Part shown: piece after piece, positions 19,458-31,932 of the stretch
How the letters are laid out: every line of letters starts with the position of its first letter
How positions within the stretch are numbered: the first letter of the stretch is position 1
DNA from: Dictyostelium discoideum
Taxonomy: Eukaryota
Direction: 5' to 3'
NCBI GenBank assembly: GCA_000004695.1
Contig: CM000154.2
Location: 3,968,001-4,032,000, forward strand
Length of the DNA: 64,000 nucleotides
Made by a program: the position numbers and the translations under genes
Notes under the pieces: model-generated
The model's input: only the letters and a program-made list of their open reading frames with translations
Databases searched by the model: none
Told to the model about the DNA's origin: nothing

Positions 19458-20839
19458 ATGACAAAGAGTGTATTTGTGACAGTTGGTACAACCAAGTTTG
19501 ATGATTTAATAGATAAAATTGATTCACCAAAATTATTTAATATATTATTAAAGTATGGGTTTAACAAAATGATTATTCAAATTGGTAATTATAGTGGAAC
19601 AATTGAAAATTCATTACCATTTGATGAAAATAATAATAATAATAATAAAACAAATAGTAAAACAACAACATCAACAACAACAACAGCAAAATTTGAATCT
19701 TTATATTTTGATTATAAACCATCACTTTCTGAATTTATGAAAAATTCAGATTTAATAATTTCTCACGCAGGTAATTAATTTTATTATATATACACAATAT
19801 TTAATAATAATAGTATAATTATACTAATAGTAACTATAATTATTATTATTATTATTTAAAATAATTTTAGGATCAGGATCAATTTTAGAATCTTTAGAAA
19901 ATAACAAACCATGTATATGTGTTGTTAATGATAAATTAATGGATAATCATCAAAAAGAATTAGCAGATAAATTATCAAATCTTTCATATATTTTATCAAC
20001 TAATCCAACTTCATTATATGAAACCATTGAAACTAAATTGGATGAATATTTAAAGAATAGAATTTATTTAGATAAATCTATTCATCAAAAAGCACAACAA
20101 CAATTTGCTACATCATTATCAAATCAATTTAAATTAATAAATAATAATGAAGATGATAATACTAAAACATCATCATCATCATCAACAACAACAACAACAA
20201 CAACAACAAATTCAAAAAAGAAATTTAAAACAATGGTAGTTTTAGGATCAGGTGGTCATACAACTGAAATGTTTTATTTATTAAAAAAAGTTGATAAAAA
20301 TAAATTTAATCCAATCACTTATGTATTAGCTGATAGTGATAAAAGATCTGAAGATAAAATTAAAATTGAAGATACATCATCACCAATCATAAAGAAAATA
20401 CCAAGAAGTAGAAATGTTGGTCAATCATTTTTTAATAGTATTTTTACAACTGTATGTTTTTAATTTTATTATTAATTATTATTATTATTATTATTATTAT
20501 TATCTATTATTAATTATTATAAATTTAAATATATAGTTAATTGCATTATTTTATTCAATGTTATTAGTATTTAAAGAAAAACCAGATTGTCTTTTATGTA
20601 ATGGACCAGGTACATGTGTACCATTAGCAGTTTGTGTTTTATTATTAAGATGGTTACGTATTGGAAAAGGTTCAAAGATTATTTATATTGAAAGTTTAGC
20701 AAGAGTAAATGATTTATCATTATCTGGGAAAATATTACAACATATTTCTGATTGGTTTGTTGTTCAATGGCCTGAATTACTTAGTAAAACTGATTCAAGT
20801 AATGTATCTTGTATAAATTTATTCTTTGAAACATTTTAA
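19458..20839 (+). CDS. UDP-GlcNAc transferase, ALG13 and ALG14 domains fused in one ORF, 3 exons: join(19458..19770,19871..20451,20537..20839), ~405 aa
   Basis: Exons 1-2 give the ALG13 domain: MTKSVFVTVGTTKFDDLI...SDLIISHAG|GSGSILESLENNKPCICVVNDKLMDNHQKELADKLS (human ALG13: MKTVFVTVGTTSFDDLI...[43 protein letters not shown]). The same exon continues without a stop through a Ser/Thr-rich linker into the ALG14 domain: KKFKTMVVLGSGGHTTEMFYLL...YVLADSDKRS...IPRSRNVGQSFFNSIFTT|LIALFYSMLLVFKEKPDCLLCNGPGTCVPLAV...IIYIESLARVNDLSLSGKIL...DWFVVQWPEL. No N-terminal TM helix precedes the ALG14 domain. Introns have GTAATT and GTATGT donors and ...TTTAG and ...TATAG acceptors with phase preserved. Confidence 0.75.
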
Positions 20840-20987
20840 AAATTAAAAAAACAAAAAACAATAAACATTATAAAATATAATTATATATTTTATTTTTTAA
20901 ATAATATATTTATTTATTTATTTATTTATCGAAGTTTATATTACATTAAAAAAAAAAAAATAATGATGATAATAATTTAATATGTTT

Positions 20988-21026
<39 letters not shown>

Positions 21027-21029
21027 CTT

Positions 21030-21766
21030 TTATCTTGAAAATAGTTTAAATACTGTTGAAAAGGTACCAGTAATCATGGACTGACCAAATGGAATATATG
21101 ATAGTGAATACCAAATTACTGTTATAAATTGAATTACCACAAATATTAAAGTTAAAATTGTAGATTGAAGTGAAAGTGCGAAATAAATTGTAGCAAATAT
21201 TGAACCTATATATAAAATGGTTGAATATAATCTCTCTTTTGATGACATAATATTGGCTATTTGTTTTTTAACACCAACTAAAATAACTAATCCAATTATA
21301 ATTGATAAACTACCTAATGAATAAAATTTTGCAAATTGTCTTGGTATAAATAATACCATTGTTGACTAATAAATAATAAATAATAAATAATAAATAATAA
21401 ATAATAAATAATAAATAATAAATAATAAATAATTAGTAAAATTATTAAAATTATAAATTATTTTATTTTATTTTTACTTACCATTCCTAAAAATATAATG
21501 CCAATAACCAAACATATTACGAAACCAGTTAATCTTTGAAAATATGTTAATGAAGATGATTCTTGTAATTCTTGATAAAATGTTTTCGATTCTGCTGGTG
21601 ATGTTGTACCACCTAAAGCACCTGGTATATTTGATTTAATTTTTGACAAAAATCCATCTCCTGTATTACTAATATCATTCCAATATTGACCAGATGTTGA
21701 TTTAAAACTACTAAATACTGATGAATTGGTTTTAAATTCTACATCTAATTGACTTGTATCTATCAT
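21030..21766 (-). CDS. SFT2-domain vesicle transport protein, 2 exons: complement(join(21030..21366,21482..21766))
   Basis: Four TM helices. The sequence ...RLTGFVICLVIGIIFLGM|STMVLFIPRQFAKFYSLGSLS...[32 protein letters not shown] matches human SFT2D (FAVFYTLGNL...[21 protein letters not shown]). The intron contains an (AATAAATAAT)n repeat, with a GTAAGT donor and a TATTAG acceptor. Confidence 0.75.
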
Positions 21767-23147
21767 TTTATTTATACTTAAATTTCTTTTTTTTTTTTTT
21801 TTCTTTTTTTTAATTTGTTTTAATTCTCATATTATTTCAAAGGAGTGAAATTAAATTAAATTTATAAAATATCTCTTTTTTTTTCTTTTTTTTTCTTTTT
21901 TCTAAAAAATTAAAAAATTAAAAAATAAAAAAATTAAAAAAATAAAAAATAAAAAAAAAAAAAATAAAAAAAAAATAAAAAAAATAAAAAATAAAAATAA
22001 AATAATAAAAATAGTTTAACCACAAATTATTCGTTTCATGGTTTACCAAAATAAAATTTATTTTAGAACTAACTAATTTTATTTTCTAATAATTTTTTTT
22101 TAAAAAATTCTTTTGACATTTTTTTAAAAAAATGAACTTCAAATTAAAAAAAAATCAACAAAAAAAATATATTAATAATCAAAACAATTAATTAAAATAA
22201 AAAAAAATAAAAAAAATCACAAAAAAAAAAAAAAAAAAAAAAGAAAAAACCAGATATCGATTAGATTTTAATTTAAAACTTTTTTAAAAAATGAAAAAAA
22301 AAAAAAAATAATAAAAATAATAAAAAAAATTAAATTGTTTATTATAATCTTCAAAACAAAGCTCGAAAATCTATTTTTAAAAAATTTTAATATTAAAACC
22401 ATTTTATAATTGAAAGTGTTCGAAATGATTCGCATTCAAATTTGATATAATTTTTTTTTTTAAATTGATTTTACAAGCAATCACCTTCCATTAATCCAAT
22501 CAAAAAAAAAAAAAATAAAAATAAAAATCAAAAAAAAAAAAAAAAAATATCAAAGATTAAACATGTCTGAAATTCAATGTTGTATTTATATTTTATTTTA
22601 TTTTTATTTTTTTTTTATTTTTTTTTCGCAATGTGTGATGCACACTGTGTGTTTGTTGATATTAAATGTGTGAAACCACACCACCACTTTGTGATGGTAT
22701 TTTTACAAATTAATTTAAAATAGTTCAACTCCCAAACTAAATTTAAAATGATTGAAAAAAAAAAAAAAAAAAAAATAAAATTAAAAAAAAAAATTATAGA
22801 TTGGTTGGAAAAAAAAAAAAAAAAAAAAAAAAAATATTAAAAAGCAAGTGAGTATAAAATTTTTTTTTTTTTTTTTTTTATAATTAAATTTTAAATAGTT
22901 ATATAAACACTCGTATAATAAAATCTATAAACAATTCAAACTATTTAAAAAAAAAAAATAATAATTAAAAAACTATTAATTTACCATTAAAAAAAAAAAA
23001 AAAAAAAAAAAACAAAACTTTTTTTATTTGAAAAAAAAAAAAAAAAAAAAAATATCTTTTTTTAAAAAATCTAATTAAAAATAATTTTAATTATTATTAA
23101 GAAATAAAAAAAAAAAAAGGAAATTAATTTTAATAACAATTTTTTTA

Positions 23148-24077
23148 ATGGTTTTAAATTTTATAAATAAATCAGAATCAATTTGTAATGCACCAAGTAC
23201 TGGAGCAAATGGTACATCAACATTATTATATATTCCAATAACTCAACCAAATGAAACTCAACCATTTTTAACATTTAATATACCATCGACATTATCAAAT
23301 AGCAATTTTATGATTGGTTCAATCTCCATTGAATCAATTAGTGAAGTTAATTCAAATAATGATATGATTGTAAAGAGAATACCATTTACCAATTGGTTAA
23401 AGATTTCACCATTAACTTCAGTACCATTTAAATATTCAATTAAAACCAATGATTTAAGTTTACTAATTGATGTCAATTGGTCAGTGAATGTAATCAATGC
23501 ACAATTGAATTATACAAATATTCAATTCAGTTTTAATTTCACAAAATATCAATTTCAATCACCAACAAATAAATTGTCTTTGAATTTAGTTCAAAGCTTA
23601 ATGGATTCTCAAGTTTCTACTGGAAAAAGTGCATGTGGTATCTCACAATTGGTTACAAATTCAGTTTATCATCAAGAGGTTAAACTTGGTGATATTACAT
23701 TACTTGGTGAATTAAATACTGATTCAAATATTGATGGTACCCTTGAAAATAAAGTACTCATTGCTACTCAAGTTAATAAATCTACTACAACAACAACTTC
23801 TTCAATTGAAACTTCTCAAAAAATTTCAATCATTATTCCAAATTTCTTAAATTTTGCTCAATTTACAACAAATTATTTCCCAATTAAAGATCCAAGTCCA
23901 ATTACATCAACCTTTGCAAATGGTACAATTTGTGTTTCTGGTCCTTCTTCAAAAACTGGTAGAACTCAACAAGAAGTTGCTGCAATTTGTGTTGGTGTAA
24001 TTGGTTTTTCAATTATTGGTTTAATGGCACTTCACTTTTTCTATTTAAATGGTAGATTTTATAACAAAAGAGATTAA
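23148..24077 (+). CDS. Hypothetical Ser/Thr/Asn-rich type-I-like membrane glycoprotein, 309 aa (N-terminal exon or signal peptide possibly missing)
   Basis: Many NxS/T sequons. A single C-terminal TM helix AAICVGVIGFSIIGLMALHFFYL is followed by a basic tail. No signal peptide is found at the annotated Met, so an upstream exon may exist. I recognise no homology. Confidence 0.4.
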   Translation: MVLNFINKSESICNAPSTGANGTSTLLYIPITQPNETQPFLTFNIPSTLSNSNFMIGSISIESISEVNSNNDMIVKRIPFTNWLKISPLTSVPFKYSIKTNDLSLLIDVNWSVNVINAQLNYTNIQFSFNFTKYQFQSPTNKLSLNLVQSLMDSQVSTGKSACGISQLVTNSVYHQEVKLGDITLLGELNTDSNIDGTLENKVLIATQVNKSTTTTTSSIETSQKISIIIPNFLNFAQFTTNYFPIKDPSPITSTFANGTICVSGPSSKTGRTQQEVAAICVGVIGFSIIGLMALHFFYLNGRFYNKRD

Positions 24078-24170
24078 ATAATTTATTTATTTTAAAAAAA
24101 AAAAAAAAAAAAAAAATTAAAATCTTTGATTTGGATTAAATTTTAAAGTTTTTAAAAACATATTTAATTA

Positions 24171-24208
<38 letters not shown>

Positions 24209-24462
24209 TATTTTTAATTATTAATAAAAAAAAAAAAAAAAAAAAAAAAAACGAACATACCCCATTTTGATTTTTTTTTTTTTTTTGAAATCTAACGAAA
24301 ATCTTTACTTTTATTTTTAATTAAAATCACACAAACAATTTTTTTTATTTTTTTATTTTTTTTTTTTTGTTTTTGTTTTATTTTTTCATTTTCATTATCT
24401 TTCATTTTTTTCATTTATTTTATTTTTAATTTTTGTGTTTAAACAAAAAAAAAAATTAAAAA

Positions 24463-24921
24463 ATGTCAGCAATTTGTGTTATAAAAGGAGATGGAGTCGA
24501 TGGTATAATTAATTTTAAACAAAATGATAATAAATCACCAGTTATAATTAGTGGAGTAATTTCAGGATTAAAAGAGGGTAAACATGGATTTCATGTTCAC
24601 GAATTTGGAGATACAACCAATGGGTGTTTATCAGCAGGAGCTCATTTTAATCCATTTAAAAAAGAACATGGTTCACCAAATGATGAAAATCGTCATGTTG
24701 GTGATTTAGGTAATATAGAATCTAATAAAGATAAGAAATCAATTATAAACATTACAGATAATATCATAACATTGTTTGGTCAAAATAGTATAATTGGTAG
24801 ATCAATAGTTGTGCATGATAAAGAAGATGATTTAGGCAGAGGTAATTCACAAGATTCTAAAATAACTGGTAATGCTGGTTCAAGACTTGGTTGTGGTATA
24901 ATTGCACTATCAAAAATTTAA
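24463..24921 (+). CDS. Cu/Zn superoxide dismutase (SOD1 family), 152 aa, single exon
   Basis: Metal-ligand signature [14 protein letters not shown] and C-terminal signature [13 protein letters not shown], plus conserved DLGNI. The protein is full length. Confidence 0.9.
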   Translation: MSAICVIKGDGVDGIINFKQNDNKSPVIISGVISGLKEGKHGFHVHEFGDTTNGCLSAGAHFNPFKKEHGSPNDENRHVGDLGNIESNKDKKSIINITDNIITLFGQNSIIGRSIVVHDKEDDLGRGNSQDSKITGNAGSRLGCGIIALSKI

Positions 24922-25061
24922 AAAAAATAATAAAAAAAAAATTAAAAATTAAAAAAAAAAAAATAAAAAAAATAAAAAAAATAAAAAATAAAATAAAAAA
25001 TAAAAAATAAATAAATATATATACACACAATAACATATAATTTATTTTATTTATGATAATT

Positions 25062-25755
25062 TTATTGAATATTACTAAATATGAAAGATTGATGGGGTGG
25101 TAATTTTAGGAAATTCCATTTTGAAATAAAAGGATTAATCAAGTAATAAAGTTTATCATCACTATTTTTAATATAATCAATGTTGAAATGATTATTACTT
25201 AAATCTACATATTCAGTTAATAAATTTAATTTTGATTCAAATGTTTTAATTGAAATTTTTAAATTTGAATCAATTTCATTATCACTATTTCTTTTTGATA
25301 TTATTTCTTCATTATTATTACCTTCTTCATCATTAATATTTCCATATCCATTATTTTCATTATTATTTCCATTATCATTATTATTATCATTATTATTATT
25401 AAATGATAAATCAATATTGATTTTATTATTATCATGATTATTTAATAAATTATAAAGTAAAGTGAAAATAGCGATTATTGAAAGATTACAATTTCTAAAT
25501 GAAACTTTTTTTAAAGATTTACAAAGTGGTAAATGTTTAATGAGTATTTTTGAACCTTTAATACCAATATTATTATTTTGTAATTGTAATACCAATAATC
25601 TATTTGAATTTTCAATTAATTTACCAACACTTGTGATATCATCCATTGTTGATAATTCCATATCATCAATAACCAATTTACTAATTTTATTAAATTCACT
25701 ATTATCTAAAATTGATAATGATACTGGTGTCATTGCTGATGTTATTACATTCATC

Positions 25756-25793
<38 letters not shown>

Positions 25794-27319
25794 GCTTGTT
25801 GTTGTTGTTGTTGTTGTTGATTTAATTGAATTTGAACCAATATCTAAAGTTGGAATTAAACTACATTTTTTAAATAAATTAGTTAATGTTTGATTTGATA
25901 ATTTATCTAAACCACAAGATCTAATTTCAAATTCATGTAAATTTGAAAGTATATTACAAGTTGATGATGATAATAATTGAAAACCACTATCACCAATTTC
26001 TTCATTACCAGATAATTTTAATACTATTAAATTTGTTGAAGAAGAAGATAATAATAATAATGATTCAAAAATGATTTTAAATGATTGAAAAGTTAAATTA
26101 CAATAACTTAAATTTAAAGTTGTTAATGGTGAAAAAGTTAACCAATTTAAAAAGATATTTGAATCTAATTTTGAAAATCTATTAAATGAAAGATTTACAT
26201 TTTTAATATACTTTGGTTGATAATTTAATGATTTAATTGCCAATGTTAGCTTGCTAATAGTTTCTCTATTCAATGCACAATTAATTAAAGATAATTCTTC
26301 AACATTATATAACGATAGAAATATTGAAATCATTTGATCAATTGATTGAATTGATAATCTATTATTAGTGAATGAAATCGATTTAATTGTAGCTCTATTT
26401 CTAAATGATTCCAAATGAAAAGATAATGTAATTTCCAATAATGTTGATTCTTTAAAAATTTGATTATTGGTAGTGGTAGCAGTAGTATCATTTACTAAAT
26501 AATCACAACTATAACCATTAATTAATAATGAATCATCAGAGATTGAAATTGAATCGATTAGATCAGAATCTTCAAGTTGGTCATGTGAATCATCAATGAA
26601 TGAACATTTCAATTGTTTAATATTTTTCTTTTCAATTAAATCTATTAATTTATATTTCAATGGTACTTCTTTTTCATTACCAACATAGAATTTATCAACT
26701 TGAATAATTTTTTCAAATCTATTATATCCTAATAATTTAATTCTATCATTACATCTTTCTCTTAACCAATTTAAATCATATTCATTTGATTCTAATCCAA
26801 TAATTGGTATAAATAATATAATATCTAAAAATATTTTAACTTTAATAAATTTATATTTATTTAAAATTGTAGTTATTGTTATTGCTGTTGTTGTCGTTGT
26901 ATTTGATTTTTTAATTGGTGATATTAAATTATTATTATCATTGTTGTTATTGATGGTATTGTTGGTATCATCAAATACCTTATTTAAATTCTTTTTCCAA
27001 TCTTTATTTTTTTTAATTGGTACATCATTTGGAACAATAAAGTCATTAGTCCAACATGGTAATAATTCGCCATTACTATCATAATGACTTGGTGAATGAT
27101 ATTCAATTTCATTTTGATCGAAATCATCTTCAATTGAATAATTATTAGTACTACTACTATTATTATTATTTGGTGATTTCGTAGGTGATAATGGTGATGG
27201 TGATGATGTATTAAATCTTCTTTTAGTTGGTGTTGAAAGTTTTGAAGGTGTTGAAATTCTACTATTACTATTACCATTGATATTACTACTACTACTACTA
27301 TTATTATTTTTTAAAATCG

Positions 27320-27351
<32 letters not shown>

Positions 27352-30128
27352 CTATCAACAATAATTGGATCTTTAATACTTCCAGTATTTTCATAACTTT
27401 TATATTTTCTTTTTTGTTCTTCTTCTTGTTGTTCCTTTTGTAATTGTTCTAATAATGGACCTGATGAAGGATAAATTATGAAATCATCTTTATAGGAAGG
27501 TAAATCAACTGGTTTACCTGTGATTTTTGAATATTCTAAACCATCAGCACCTACTATATAACTTGAACCAACTTGAAAATGTGATCTTGTCTTTTTAGAT
27601 GATGATGATGATGATAATAATCCTCCTTCTTCAAAATTAAAATTCATTTCCCTTTTATTATTTTCATTCCTTTGAATTTGTAATAAATATTCTGTATCTA
27701 GTATTTCATTTTCAAGTTTCTCTCTTTCTTCTTTTTTATTCCTTAATTCTTCTAATATTTCTTTTCTACTTTTACCATTACCATTACTATTACTATTACC
27801 ATTACTATTACCATTACTCTTACCATTACTGTTACCATTACTATTACCATTACCATTACCATTACTATTACCATTATCAATATTATTTTTATTATTTTCT
27901 AGTATTATTGGAGATGATTTATCAATTGACATTGGTGAATTATTACCAGTTTTTAAATAATCAGCACTATTATTTAGATTATCTTCAAATGATAAATTCT
28001 CAAAAGATAAATCCTTAGTTCCATCTTTCTTTTTTGGTGAAATTTTAAATTTTGAAGATTCTGTATTATCTCTATCATCACCACCATCATCAATATAGTT
28101 AATATAATCAGTATCACAATCATAAGAGTTTTTAATATTCTTTTGAAATTGTTTTGATAGAGAGTATTTTTGTGATTGTGATAATGATAATGATTGTGAT
28201 GATGATGATAATGATAATGATAATGATGGTGATGATGATTGATAATTTTCTTGTTCTTGTTTTAATTTTTTAATTCTTTCATTTACTTTTGATTCTTTTA
28301 TTAAAGTTTCTTTATAAAATTTTGAAAAATCATCAAATTCTAAATAAACTAATAATAAATTTGAAATTGCCATTAATTTCCTTTCAAAAATTGAAATTAA
28401 TATTTGATATTCTTCTTCTTGATCTTCTCCTCCCTCTTTTTCTTTTTCAAATTGATCATTCTCTAAAATTTTAATTGCATCATTTAATAAACTAATTCTT
28501 TTTTCCTTTCTACTATCACCAAATGGTTCTAACCTTTTCAATGCATTTGAATAATTTATTTTTGCTAATGCTATTATTTGTATTATTTGTTGTTGTTGTT
28601 GTTGTTGTAATTGTAGATTATTATTATTATTATTACTGTTTTCATTTATTTTATTACTAAATTCTATTATAGATCTACTTAAACCAATTGAGATATTAAA
28701 ATATTTTTTTATTTTTAAACAATCTAAATAATTTGAATGATCTTCTAAAACTAAAAATAATTTATCATATTTTTTTAAATAAATTAATGATTTTTCATAT
28801 TCTACCCAATATTTTAATTTCTTTTCAATGAAATAAAAATATCTATTTTCATAATCATCTGGTTTCTCTTTATCTAATTGATCTAAAATCGTTTCATATA
28901 TTAAAATTAAATTTTCATGATATAGAGTTATATCTCTATTATTATTATTATTATTATTATTATCATCTTCATTTTTATTTTTATCTTTATTATTATTATT
29001 TGAATTTAAAATTGAATTTAATAATTTTTCAGATTCAATTCTATTTTTATTAATTTTAATTGAATTTTTTAAACGATTCATTTGAAAATCTAAATATGAT
29101 CTCTTTATTAAATGTGGACACTTTTCAGATTCTTTTTCAAGTTGTTTAATTGTTTCTTTAAATTCTTTATTTCTTTCATCACTATAATAGCATTCAAGTA
29201 ATAATTGATAACAATCAAATTTATCTTTATCCATTTTAGTTGTTGATGATGATCTATTAATTCTTTCATTTAAATAATAACTTGCTCCAACTGCATCATG
29301 ACATTTTAAACATAATAATCCTAAATTATAATATTGATTTCCTTCCATATCTTTTTTACATTTTTCTTCAACTAATAAAAAAAAAATAATAATAATAATA
29401 ATCATATATATATATTAATAATTAATTTTTTAATTTTTAAAATTATAATGTATAATATTATTCTTACTCTTTTTATAAAATGATAAAGCTTTTTTATATT
29501 GTTCTAAATGAATACTACAATAAATTTCATTTGATAAAAGTTCAATATTCTTTATAAAATCTTTAATGTTTTCAGATGATTGATTATCAATTTCTAAAAG
29601 TTCAACTGAATATTGATATGCTAAAACTTTTAAATACTTTATTGCTTTCCTTATTATTGTATATGGATTATTGTTTTTATTATAAATTTTATTTTTATTA
29701 TTTGTTGAAGAATCTTCATTATCTAATTTATTTAATTTATTACAATAAAATACACCAATGTCATGAAAACAATCAAATGATATTTTATAAAATTTCTTTG
29801 TTGGTGGTTGAAATGTTTTAAGTTTCGATTGAAAATGTTCAATCCTTATGATTATATCATTTTCATTTAATATGTCAATACCAAATAGCATATTGGTATT
29901 AAATACACCAATTAAAATACCTAAAATATCATATAATGTACTCTCTTTGATATCATTATCATTATTATTATTGTTTTTATTATTATAGTCACTACCAACA
30001 CTATTATATATTTTATTTATAATTTCCCATCCTTTTCTATATTCATCTCTAGTTTTCTTTTTTTTTTCAAATCCACCTTTTTCTGATAATTTTGCTGATT
30101 TTAATATATTTGATAATTGTACTTCCAT
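25062..30128 (-). CDS. Large leucine-rich-repeat (RNI-like) protein with N-terminal helical/TPR-like region, coiled coils and poly-N/Q/S tracts, 2 exons: complement(join(25062..29371,29468..30128)), ~1680 aa
   Basis: Exon 1 (MEVQLSNILKSAKLSEKGG...YKKALSFYKK) ends at a GTAAGA donor in phase 1. A TTATTAG acceptor gives ...IEEKCKKDMEGNQYYNLGLLCLKCH... The C-terminal half has LRRs of the ribonuclease-inhibitor type: NLSFNRFSKLDSNIFLNWL...LNLSYCNLTFQSFKII...LKLSGNEEIGDSGFQLL...LHEFEIRSCGLDKLSNQTL...LDIGSNSI. Confidence 0.6.
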
Positions 30129-30560
30129 TTTAAAAAATGGTCAATTTATTATTTATTATAATAAAAAAAAAAAAAAAAAAATAGAAAACTTCTTGTTTAT
30201 TTATTAATTATTTATTTATTTTATTTATTTATTTATTTTATTTATTTATTTATTGTTTATTTGTTTGTAAAAAAAAAGAAAATAAAAAAAAAAAAAAAAA
30301 AATAATAAACTTCTTGCTTTTTTTGAAAATTAATTTTTTTTTATTTTTCAATTTTTTTTTTAAAAAAAAAAAGGAGGGAAAATTTTTTAGATATTTTAAT
30401 TGTTTCTATGAATATAACAATTAAAAACAACTTTACAAAATAAGAAATCTAATAAATATATATATTTGAATAATTAAATAATTATATAAATAAAAGGTTG
30501 AATAATAATTGTGATTCTAAGCATTATTTAATCTTGATAAAATTTTTGAATGGGCTATTA
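30105..30560. repeat. Copy 1 of a ~440-bp duplicated segment (promoter plus first ~25 nt of the gene at 30128)
   Basis: About 90% identical to 33035..33470 (...ccattt(t)aaaaaatggtYaatttattat...aaaatagaaaacttcttgtttatttat...aaggagg(g)aaaatttttt(t)agatattttaatt...ataaataaaaggttgaaYaataattgtgattctaagcattatttaatcttgataaaattttt). A third 45-bp copy sits at 35634..35680. Confidence 0.8.
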
Positions 30561-31028
30561 GTATATGTAATTAATTTAAACTTAATTTAGGTCATCAGAA
30601 ACTACATATAATGAAATCATGTTCACCTCAACCCACACCTACAATTTGGTACAATGCAAATATGTGTTAAGGTCAAAAAAAAAAAAAAAAAAGTTTTATT
30701 AATAAAAAAAAGTTTTATTATTAAAATTTTCTATTAAAAAAAAAAAAAAAAAAAAAAAAATTTAATAAATAATAAAAATTAATAATGCCTTACAGAAGGA
30801 ATTTGTTTTAAATTTTGTATCCCTTTCTATTTTAATTTCAAAAAAAAAAAAATAGATATCAATGGTTGCACTCTAAAAAATAGAAATATATAAAAAAAAA
30901 TTATAATAATAAAAAAAAGAGTTTGAAATAAATAAAATTAAAATAAGCACCAAAAAAGATTATAATTTTAGCTTTTTTTCTCTTATTTCGAAAAAAATAA
31001 ATTAGGAAATTCCCTTAGACACATTTCA

Positions 31029-31078
<50 letters not shown>

Positions 31079-31435
31079 AATGGATAAAATTATTTATATA
31101 TTATTCTCCATTTTTAACTCTTGAGAGTGCTATCCGGACTATTAGTGCTAATAAAAGCCCTTCTAAGGGATGGTCGACCTTGCCATTATGTGTAGCCAAT
31201 CAAATAATGAAGCATCAAACCCTACTTTTTTTTTTCTTTTTTTTTTTGCTTTTCACTTTTTTTTTTATTTCACCCATGTAATAAAAATTAATTTCTAAAT
31301 ATGGATTGATTGATTCTTTAGAAATGTAAAAAAATTAAAATGTTTGAAATAAGCATCAAAAAAATAAAAAAGTGTTTAACCACTTCCCAAAAAAAAAATA
31401 AATTGGGTAATTCCCTTTGACACATTTTATATTTT

Positions 31436-31468
<33 letters not shown>

Positions 31469-31559
31469 TTTATAAACAAAAATTTAATTTAGTTCAAAAA
31501 ATTATTCTATATTATTTTAATAATTCAAATAATAATTTTATCTGTTTTACAAAAAAAAT

Positions 31560-31932
31560 GAATAAATCAAATAATGAAATATCAAACCCACAATAAGGAA
31601 GCTCAAATGATTCTAATGTTAATTCATCAAATGGTGGTTCAAGTAGTCCAAATTTTTTTATAGTTTATAAAGATGGTATTCAATACAAATTTCACAATTC
31701 ATCAACTTCGAAAGATGTTCTCAACTTTTTTGGATTAGAAAATGGTTATCTACAAACTCAACTTGGCCATCAAAAAGTTATTAATGCTAATCCAAATTAT
31801 TTACCAACATCTGGTACTTTTCATGTTGTTGAACAATCTTCAAAATTTTTATTTTTCAAAATCGCTGTATTAATAATTTCAATTAACTTTATAATTCAAA
31901 TTATATATTATTCAATTAAAATTTTAAAATAA
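31560..31932 (+). pseudogene. Disrupted small ORF (one in-frame TAA at codon 13) encoding a ubiquitin-like N-terminus plus C-terminal hydrophobic tail; likely pseudogene or gene with sequence error
   Basis: MNKSNNEISNPQ*GSSNDSNVNSSNGGSSSPNFFIVYKDGIQYKFHNSSTSKDVLNFFGLENGY...SKFLFFKIAVLIISINFIIQIIYYSIKILK. The frame is otherwise open for 123 codons. Its first ~25 nt are duplicated at 31197..31222. Confidence 0.3.

Noticed and set aside
25462-25893. Plus-strand 143-aa ORF and other 60-100-aa ORFs inside the large minus-strand genes (26984..27277, 28289..28474, 53749..53952, 55225..55446, 58002..58199)
   Set aside because: They are embedded in or antisense to long, well-supported CDSs. They have low-complexity composition and no independent signals.
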